Source of the DNA: Phoronis australis
Lineage: Eukaryota > Animalia > Phoronida
Length of the DNA stretch: 64,000 bases
Assembly: GCA_002633005.1 (NCBI GenBank)
Contig: NMRA01000184.1
Location: 3,255 to 67,254 of the forward strand
Direction of reading: 5' to 3'
Positions 50,105 through 61,000 of this stretch are shown here, piece after piece. Made by a program: the position numbers and the translations under genes. Within the stretch, counting starts at the first letter, position 1, and every line of letters starts with the position of its first letter. Below the pieces are notes generated by a model. The model was given only the letters and a program-made list of their open reading frames with translations. It was not told where the DNA came from and made no database searches.

Positions 50105-50555
50105 CGCAAAATTGATCATCAAAAACCTTGACTCTACTAAGGCCACAGGATATGACAGGATCCCACCAAAACTACTGAAGCCTGTGGCAACACACCTAAG
50201 TCATCACATGTCACTCATCTTTAATCAGTGTGTGGACACTTGTGTTTTCCCTATGGGGCGAAAGTGGCTGTTGTCGTGCCTCTATTCAAGAAGGGGGACA
50301 ATATCTCCAGCCCAGTGAGCATCTTGTCGACATTGTCGAAGATCCTGGATAAGCTCATGCGTCCTGGATCCTAGAATCTCGGCCTATAGGGAGGGCTATA
50401 GATATCAATATGCACTACTCAGGCTCACAGAGACTTGGAAGTCGGCCCTCGACTTGAAGCGCCACGCTGGAGCAGTAATGATGGAACTCAGTAAGGCGTT
50501 TGACTGCCTCCCACACGAGCTGATTATATCAAAGCTTTCGGCCTATGGCATGTAT
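50105..50555 (+). mobile_element. CR1/L2-clade reverse-transcriptase fragment
   Basis: KATGYDRIPPKLLK, IFNQCVDTCVFP, VVPLFKKGD, PVSILSTLSKILDK and ELSKAFDCLPHELIISKLSAYG across frameshifts. Confidence 0.85.
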
Positions 50556-53166
50556 GATGAGTAACCATGGTTGGCGCCCCCCAATTTGGTGAATTGGGCA
50601 AAAAAGTCCGTCTCAGCGAAACAAAGAGACCAAGTAAAGGAGACGAAAGTCCACAAAGCCCACAGGAATTCAGCGCGGATGCACAACAATCCGTAAGCCT
50701 GAACCTAGTGGCCCCGTTTTTTAGTCCTCGTGGATTTTTTTCAGTAAAAGGTTCGCATACCCAAAATTTCGAGCCCCCCTATATTTTAGGCTGGGTGCGC
50801 TCATGAATAGCAGCTCCATTTGGTGACGAATTAGAGTGTGATCCAAGAGACAGATAAGGAGTTAGTTGGTTCCCAACCAACAAGCAATAGCTACCCTACC
50901 TGGTGGTGGAAACAAGATTAGTGCAGACTGAGAGTGAGTTAGTTGCAACTAATAGCTGCCCCACTTGGTGGTGTAACAAAATCTGGGTAGACTGACAGGG
51001 AGTTAGTTCGTTCCAACAACCAATAGAACAAAATGAGTATACATTTGCTAAGCGTAGAAAACATGTGGAATGAGAATGTTGGCTTCCCACCAATCTGTCA
51101 TGAATAGGTCACATGGCCATATTTTTAGTATAATTTACCATATGTTAGTTCACATAGTCAGGGTTTGTTTTGTTTGTGTAGTTTGTAGTGTAGCCACCAG
51201 GTGTCTCTTCTTGTAGTGTGTCTTGTGTGCCCCTATATTTCATTGAGCTTTTGTCTTTGACTCATTGTTATGGAGATGTATTCAGACTGGCCTTGAGTAT
51301 GGTGCACACCACCTGCATTAATTTTCTGACAGTCTTACGAGACGGATGTTAGGTTTGGGCAGCCACAGGCTTCACATTCTGTAAGTTGAAATTGTGTTAT
51401 TTCGTTTTCTGTTATACTGTGTGAATTTAACTAGAATTTGGTCAAAGAGATGCTTATTCTGTTAAGTCTGACTCAACTGTTAGTGTAGCTACTGTTAATA
51501 GGTTTTGCTGCTCAGCTGGAGTGGAATGTTACCCGGCATGCAGTGTTAGTTTGGTACTTTTGTTGTTCTTCTCAGTAACGTATAGAAGAAGCAAAGAACC
51601 AAGGTGTTTTCTTTAATTCGGATTGCCCGGCCTGTGCTGTCGTCACACCATATGATAAAGGCAAATTGATAGGAAAATATATCAATAACTTGATCAAAGT
51701 TTATTCGATATGAATGTCTTTGAGAAAACATAATTGCATATGAAGGAAATGTTCTATTTTAAGGTTATGTTAGACTTTACGAGAATTGACTGTCTGCGTA
51801 TTTAGCCAACTATCTACAGAACTACTGAGTTTATTTCAGTAAAAGATACATTTTTTGAAAGAAAAAAAGTTGTAGAGCTAGATTTTTGACTTTTTACCAA
51901 TTTGCCATAAATTGGATCACGTGACCGTGTATTGTTAATGACGTTTGGTAAGAAACGTAGTTGCATTGATAGTGAAACATGATCAGATTTTATTCGATAT
52001 AAATGATCAAGATATCTCAAAAACACGGTTACAGATTTGTAAGATAACATATCGGTATTGTTTTATGCGACTCCTTTTTCATGAGAATAATAAAAGTCAT
52101 ATATTTGATAGATCTTTGTGCAAAAGTTTAAAACTTTAAAAACAATTCGTAACATTGTTTTAGAGAACAGTGCATAAAATATAGTATCTTATTAAAGTTT
52201 CATATGAATTTGATTAACCGTTTATAAGATTTGTTGTTCAAAGTTAGCTAAATTTTGATGTTTTCCTGGAGTCTTACGTTATCTCGCACTCAGAATTGAC
52301 CTATTGCAAGCTCCGCCTCTTTGCGAAAAGTCACGTGATACCCGACAAACAAGATGTCCGAGGCAAATACGCAGTCTCTAAACGACGTTTCTGGTGGAAT
52401 CGATGGGTGCTTTTGCACTAAGCGAGAACGCTTCGACAAAGACAACACCTATGACAACTAACTGAATAGAAAATATAAATGGCAAACGTCGTTATGAAAT
52501 TGTAATAAAAACAATGTTTTGATCATCGCCCATTCTTAAAAAGTGTGACAGATTGTACGGAATGTTGAGTTTTTACCAACTTTAACTTGTTTTTTATAGT
52601 GAATACGATTTTACCTGATTTATAACAATAATGGTGTGAACAAGATGCAATTTGTGGGAATGGAGAAAAATGGAAATCCAAATGAGAGACAGAATATGAC
52701 GATTAGTGCACCGTGCATTCACCGTTTTAAAACCTTCACTCGAATGTGCGCTGAACCGCGATCGTCACAAGTACATTGATATCTACACTTACAAACTCGT
52801 GCATGCTATTAAACAATAAAGTAGCTGTTAACCCGTCTTCCTTGACAAAAAATAACCAGATTACTCCTTCATCAAAATAGATATGATTTCTGGGTTTGGA
52901 TAAATCTGGCAGTTTGTTATCGCTTGAGACAAGGCTCAAGAGTTGACTTTGTCACCGCGTCATTTGATTCGGCGAGTGGTTTCAAGCAATATCGAACCGT
53001 CAGTTCTTTGCAAGACCAAGCATTGCTTCCAACTGTGTAAGGAATAATCTGAGACCATGTATGTAGCGACACGTGTTCTAAATCAGAGGTTAGTTACTTT
53101 GACAGAACGTGGGTCTGTTATCCCTTTAATCATAGGTTTTTCTTTCGTTCAGACATTCCCTTAAAA

Positions 53167-56100
53167 ATGGACGAACGTGAAAAAGAAAACTTGGTGAAAG
53201 AGAAGAAGGTCGTTCCTAAAGTTTACAAAAGGCGCTGGCTCATTCTGTTCTTATTCGCTACGTATTCGATGACAAACGCTTACCAATGGATACATCTAAA
53301 CATAATTGACAACGTAGTTTACCGTTATTATAACGAAAGTTTGCCCGGTGACAACAGTTATCAGAAGCAAGTGGCTATCGACTGGTTGTCGATGGTGTAC
53401 ATGTTGGCGTACGTGCCTCTCATCTTCCCAGCCACGTGGTTGCTTGATAGGAAGGGTCTACGAATCATTGGCATCCTCGGTTCTCTGCTCAATTGTCTTG
53501 GGGCGTGGTTAAAATGCGCCTCCGTTGCACAAGATCGTTTCTGGCTATTAATGCTGTCGCAGACCATTTGCGCCATTGCACAGATTTTCATTCTGGGGAT
53601 GCCAGCAAGGTTAGCTGCCGTCTGGTTCGGACTTAATGAGGTCTCCACCGCAACGGCGATCGGCGTTTTTGGTAATACTGTGAGTATTTCATAATTGTGT
53701 AATTACTGGAATCGCCATTGATATCACATTCGGTTCACTGTTTTTGTTTATGAATGCATAGCCCACAAACCTAGGCTATTTCAAAAAGATGGATTTTTTC
53801 CAATGAAATATCTTGATCCAAGTCTTAGTGTTAAACATGAACTTTTTTCCCAGGCGCAAATATACTGTCCGAGAGCAAAATCATGACGGCGTTCTTATCC
53901 TTTGTTCGAACTGAAATTACTTGTCTTCTCACAGGTTGGAGTTGGGCTTGGATTCCTCATCCCGCCTGAAGTCGTGCCTAACTCAGGTGACATCGATGCC
54001 GTTGGTCACAACTTGAGTATATTATTCTACGGGGGCGCAGGCATCACGACAGCGCTTTTCATTCTGGTATTAATCGGTAACCTGCTGCATTTAACTTTTT
54101 TGAAATTCGCCAGATTTACAATCGAGTTGACTTGCAGGTAAAAATTGGGGTTTTTAATTACTTTAGTTGTCAGTGAACTTTTTACATTATTTTTTTAACA
54201 GAGACGCCGTTTCTCCCCACAGCAGTAGCATTATCATGACTTGTATTCCCTATCATGTGTTTACCATAAGGATTCGGCATTGTTTCGGGTTAAGGTCGAG
54301 TATGGATTCAGCCTAGTGTTTTTGTTACTTGAATAAATGAGTTTATTGTTTGAACGCAAATTGTTTTGCTTAGAAAGCTAAAAAGGAAGTTCTTAATTAG
54401 TTTTCAGAAAACAACCCCCTGTTCCGCCAAGTGCTTCAATGGCTGCGGTTGTCGAGGGTACGGCGGAAGAAAACTATCTGGAGTCGCTGAAACGATTAGC
54501 AAGAAACCCCGGTTTCCTTATTTTGACACTAACTTATGGTATGTAAATTAAAACACCCAAAATAGGTATGGCTCAATGTGTTCTTTAGTGATACAATGCT
54601 CAGGTCAAAGCAGAACAGCAAAAGGTACTTGGAAACGTCACTCAAGGCACTCCTCTCGACAGAGTATCATTGGAGTCCGCACGATAGACATGTTAAATGT
54701 TTCATTATTATGTAACACTACAATAATATGTAGATGTATTTGTATTTGCAAGCAGGAAGTACCCAAAATATTTGTAGTTATATGAAATTTTAAATGTTTT
54801 GCAATCGTCTCCAAACGACATCAGGAATTGTTTTAAAATGTTCTATTTTTGCACAAGATCTCATCTTGAACATTTATATCAAAATTTGTTCACTTGATTG
54901 AAACCGTTTTTGTGCTATCAATTTACTTTTGTTTTTGCTAATTTTTTAAACAGACAATTTATGAGAGGTTGATTAAAAGCCAAAAATCCTACAAGCTTTT
55001 GACTTTAAGAAAATATATAATTTTAATGAGTTAGATTTGTAGATATTTGACTAAATAATCAATATTGTCAATAAGGTCCTATATCTACTTAACGAGTTTA
55101 GCTTATCGTTTTTTTGTTTATCTAGCTCCGATCTACTATCCTAAAAAGATAAGAATTTTGTCAGGTTCATATTGTTGTTGACATGGTATGGTGGTTGTCA
55201 GGTTCATATTGTTGTTGACATGGTATGGTGGTTGTCAGGTTCATATTGTTGTTGACATGGTATGGTGGTTGTCAAGTTCATATTGTTGTTGTATGGTGGT
55301 TGTCATGACACTTGAATATTTTTCCTTTATAGTCATAGCTTAAAAATGTGGCGTGCACCGTGAAACTCCAAAAATTGTCACCCCGAACTCTAAATTTTCC
55401 TCGTGTGACTCGTAATAGGACTATTCCCCGCTTCATACTTGCCAATAAAAATTGTCTCCAACTTTGACGTACAGCAAATGGAGGTGCAGGTTCATATTTT
55501 GCGCATGGAGTCGATATTACAAACTCTTAGAATAGCTGGGTAATGGTGATAAGAATGTTTGAAATTCGCCTCTTCAGAAATGAAACTTACAACTAAATGT
55601 TTTGTATTTAGCTACTATTGTCTTGCAGTTTGGGAACGCTAATCCCCCCCACCCGTCAAACCTGACTTCTTCGACGGATATCTTCCGCTCTGCTGCCTTC
55701 TGCCCATCTCGTCTTACGCGGGTCAGTTACAGATTCGTCAAATCCAGTCCCGTATCTGTCTTTACACGAAATTCACGCAGCAAAGTAGATACGAAATAGG
55801 TTTCGTTTTTTTTTTGTTTTTTTACAGGTATCCACTCAGGGGCCTTTAATTCTGTTAGTACGCTTCTTAATCCTATGGTTCTGGATCGTTTCCCCGTAAG
55901 TGAACATCGCAACTGACCTCAAGTAAACTCGCATTTACGTCTACCTACCTACTTGATCAGGTATCTCAAAAAACAGTCAAACATGCGTAGCCTCAAAGAA
56001 AGTTTTGAGCACTTGTGAGTCCGGCAAAAGAGATGCAGACAAATTACAGCCAGCCCTAACAAAAATTTTATTTAATCGCAATTTTTCTCTTAATTTCAGC

Positions 56101-57951
56101 TGAATGTTGGTTTTATCGATAGGCGTGATCAACATCTCTTTAAAATGTTATAACATTTAAAGCACGTCCGCTAGATAAAGGTTCGTCTATTTCTGTGTGA
56201 CGTTATCGTACACCTATATACGTACATTAAAACGTCTTCCTGAAAATGGCAAATATTGTATCGAATTAGCGTACTGCGAAGTTACAAACGTCAAACTCAA
56301 AGTTAGCGACGCTGAATCTTCCCACTGATGCAACCCATTAACTTCATTCATTCCGTAGTATTATCATGTAAAATCTGGAACGCTAACCCGCTGCATTCAC
56401 AAACCAAACCAAAACCAAGCCTAATCAATAGCAATAGTGTTTTCAAACTTTCAGGATGAAGAGGTGAATGCCGGACGTATTGGTCTGACATTAGTCTTAA
56501 CAGGACTGGTTCGCTCTATTTTAGGTGGAATTTGGTTAGATAGCACTAAATTATTCAAGTAAGTTTAATCGTGTTTCAGAAGCTAAATTTGGTACACGTA
56601 CGTGTCGATTAAATTGTGTAGTGAAGAAGACTGTATATGATGCCTTTTGAAGAAAGAAAGTTGAAGGCAGAGTATGTGTTATCAGCAGTAGCCTAGGTGA
56701 TCGGGTACCGAATGAGATGTATACATTTGCAGTATAGTAACCTTTTTAACATCTTCTTAAAACCTATTCGTACACATATTTTAACAGGAGTAACGGGATC
56801 TTCGTGAACGGAGCTTGCCGTAATTTGTTAAATTTTGACTCTTAATTATATATTAATTTACGTTTTACTAGATATCTTATTTTTTCATGGTGTATGTGAG
56901 CCATAGCAAAATATGGTGAAGTTGTATTTGAATTAAGACTGGTTTGTTGGACTACTTACAAAATTAAATTCCTAGCACCTCTGAGACATTGCGTATAGAC
57001 TAGTAAAGCTCTACCGGGTTTATGGGCTACTCTTATGCCATACTGGCCACAGATACGTTGTAGCTTCTCCGACTCATCTTTAACGGCAGCAACTTGTTCA
57101 TCCTAAGGATAAACAAGAGAAAGAGCATGTTAGTGGAATCGTGCATAGGATTTAGTGTAAGGGAGGGAACTGCAAGGCGATGTGTGTTGAAGAAATAGAA
57201 CAACGCGCGTGTCACAACATAGAAGGGCTGCTGGTGAGGGTGCGTCTTCGGCTGTTTTTAATCACCTCCTGGGGACACAGGTCACGAAGGTTTCAGAGAG
57301 GTGTCCAGGAGGCTTTGTTCGTCAAATAAGTTAATGCCTCACTAACAAACAAGGTGGAGCTCAATTCAAAGTGTCGTCTACTTGGGATGAGAGTTTGGTG
57401 AGGTTGCAAACTAGACGAGATCTCGAGAGAAGACAAGAGACGGTAGTTCCCGCCAATCGTCTGTACCATCTTCCCTTTGAAGGAGGCGTGATGCCTCCGA
57501 GGTGCTATAGGAATTTAATTTTGTAAGTAGTTCAGCAGGCCAGATTTAATTCGAATACAATGACTTTCCTTGATGGATTAACAATTCCATTTTATTACGG
57601 TTATGTTAATACACCTAGTTCGCTTATTGTTTTCAGGGCTACAGCAGTTGGTATGTACTTTGCATCTGTAGTTACTTTGATTGCCTATAGCTTTGTCGTC
57701 GAGTATGTGCCTCACATTGCAGTAGTGTTTGTCTGTGGAGGACTTCTAGGGTAAGATTCTTCAGGACCATTTCTACCTGTTTCTTAGGATCAGCACCGAC
57801 AGTCAAAAATTGGTGGGTGTTTCACGACCCGAATATAGCTATTCACTGGACATATTAAACGTCATGTCTAACACAATTTCAAAATTTTGCATCATCTGCG
57901 CACAAGCATTTTCTCGCATAGCTTTCGGACGAAGATGACTCTATTTGAAAG

Positions 57952-58030
<79 letters not shown>

Positions 58031-61000
58031 AGGGTCGTTCAATAAGTTCTCACCCAGAAAACAACGCGATAGCAACTAATTTTGGCTTTTACTTTTTCAA
58101 TATAATCTCCCGTTACATCAATGCATTTCTTCCATCTGTGTTCCAGTTTTGCAATGCTTTCGTAAAAGAAACTTTTGTCAAGCCCCTCAGAATACTCCTC
58201 CACTGCTCTCATGACGTCACCATCGCTCACATGCTGGCGTCCAAGCAGATAGGCTTTCAAATGGGGAAACAAATAAAAATCAGACGGGGCCATATCTGGA
58301 GAATAGGCGGGGTGCGGAAGGATTTCAAAGCCACATCTAGTTGCTTCAGCCATCGCAACTTGGGCAGTATGGGCAGGTGCGTTGTCTTGAAGCAACATTA
58401 CTCCATCCCAAAACTTCCAGCGTCTCTTCCTTGACTGCTGAGTTTTTCCAAAAGTGATGCATAGAAATTTCCAGTAACAGTGTGTCCTCGTTGCAAGTAG
58501 TCAATCATCAGAATACCTTCGCTGTCCCAGAACACAGAGCCCATAACTTTGCTCGCAGAGGCACTCAACTTGGGACTTTCTCGGGCTTTGTTGTTTTTAT
58601 TCCGGGTGGACCCATGTCTCATCCTGGGTTACAAGCCTTCTGGAAAGTTTGGCTGGATCTGCTTGGAATCTTCCTAGACGTTCCTTTGATATTTGCAACT
58701 GCTCATTTTCTGGTCCTGACTTAACATTCTTGGCACCCATCGTGCACTGAAGCTTCCTCATGCCCAAATCTTCACTCAAAATTTTAGAGACAGACCATTG
58801 CTGATTCTATCAGTGTTTGCCAAATGTTGAGCAGGCATTCACCTGTCTTTCGGAACCATTGCATGAATTTCCACTGGAGGTCGATAATTTGGGACGTCCT
58901 CAGTGGAAGAGGGTCATCTTCAACGCTTTCTCTACCCCTCTTGAAACAAGCTGACCACTTTTTTACTGTGGAGTAGCTCGGGGAGTCAGTTCCGAGTGTT
59001 TTTCACATCTCTTCATGAATATCTTTTGGTTTCATTCCTTTTTTACCCAAATACTTCATGACGCCTCTCGTTTCCGTTATCTCCATGCTGTTGACTGTGT
59101 TGTCGTCTGCTTTTTTGAAGCAGCGCCTAGCGGCAGTTGACGGTACTAATTCAGCATGAACGCACTACTGTTATAAAAGATGAAATTTTATTATGGTGCT
59201 AAAAAATTTAACCCGAGTCCCTGTTTTCTTTGTGAGGCCGAGAACTTATTGAACGACCCTGATATATACATATACGTATACGTATTGTTTTCACGGGCAG
59301 TCCTGACGGTGATACTAACGAGAATGACAAAACAGATTTTGACAATGATAAGTCTGATTAGTGACTTTTCTTAGCATTGCATTTTGATAATGAAATTTAA
59401 GCCTAACGATGTCCATATCACCAGCTAGTTTATGAACCCAAAAAATAGCTTCTAGTACTAACCGGATTCCCTCATTTCAGATTATTTATGACTGGCTACA
59501 TTCCGATCGGATTCGAGTTTGCAGCCGAGCTCACTTACCCAGAGTCAGAGGGGACATCTTCTGGCTTACTGAATGCTTCAGCTCAGGTCAGTGATTTTAA
59601 CTTGACAGTTTTCTTACTACCAAAGAGGTAAATTCTAAGCCAAGTTACTGAGCCATCTAAAATATAATTTAAAAAACATTTCGACCTAAATACAAATCAT
59701 CGCGGAGCATTTACAGTTCAAAAAGAAGAGAGGTCATTATTTTTGACAGGTCTGGACAACCTCTACGAGATTTTTCCTCTTCATTCTCATCAATCAATAG
59801 CAGGCAATATTTCGGTTCTTTTTATGATAAAAACCAACTGCTACCATGGAAACGAAGCAACTCAGTGAAACCAGTTTGTCAGACTTTACAAACCTGTTTC
59901 ATGAGTTTCATATTTAGGCTATAACTGGGATGAAAAATAAGTCACGACATTTTCTAGTATTCCGTGGACAGTAAATACAGGGAACCGCAATTAGCATCAC
60001 AGATGGCTGGGAATGTTTCTCAAAGATAAGTACGGAATGTGAGACATGTACGCTTTGAAATGAATTACAAACATGGGTTTCAAATGTTGTTGGAGACGAC
60101 CTTTTACAGGCTGAAAAGCGTGTCCTGCTATTTGCATACCTTGAAGATCACTGTTATGAAATTTATTAGCTTGATCTCAATACTTCATATATTCTTGTTC
60201 CAAATATTCATGTATTCCAATATTATTTGACACTGCCAAGACATGGAACGGAATGAAATCGAGGGAATCACCCCCTTGACTTGCTGGGACATTTTGAAAC
60301 CCTTTTAAGGGTTTAAAAACATTCAGTCTAAATGTAACCAGAGCTAAAATGTGTGACTGCAAGAGCGAATGTGTTATTGTTTGTTTTTTGTTTTTTTGTT
60401 TTTTTTTTTTTGTTTCTTTCTTTACCGTTGTATTCCATTGTTAATTCCTGTTTCCGTGAATAAAATCAAGTAAAGAAGTTGGGCTCAGTACTCTTACAGA
60501 AGTATCGTCAAAAGCAGTATACCCAGTTGTCTTGTTGTTGGTAAACTTTCATATACATGACACATGATTTTAGTTTTGCGTTTCTACCGATAACTTACAG
60601 TCAGTTTGAATCGCGGCCAATAACCGCACTCCGGAGATAACGCTTGACATCAGGAATGTTTGTTGCTTTCTTGGACGATCTGGTTCCCTGAGAAAGGTGG
60701 GCGTGAGAACGACAAAGGTCACGACGAAGATAGAGGCACTCCTACTGAGTCACTTACCAAGCTGGGGTGATCTGTTGAGAACATCAGGTCAGGCCACAAG
60801 CAATACTTTCCTCCATTTGAGCGAAAAATGTGCAAACCTGACAACTAGAGTCAGAATACTCGATGGGATGTCTACTAGAAAAGTCGCAGCTGCGATATGG
60901 CGAACATGGATACCATAGCAGCACAAGACGGAGAGGAAGGTTGACACAAGAGCACTTGCCGAAATCTGCACTCCGCGTAATGAGCTTGCCGTAGGCCTGC

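Noticed and set aside
55158-55305. CRISPR-like 37 bp repeats
   Set aside because: Head-to-tail units without spacers in a eukaryotic intron; this is a minisatellite.
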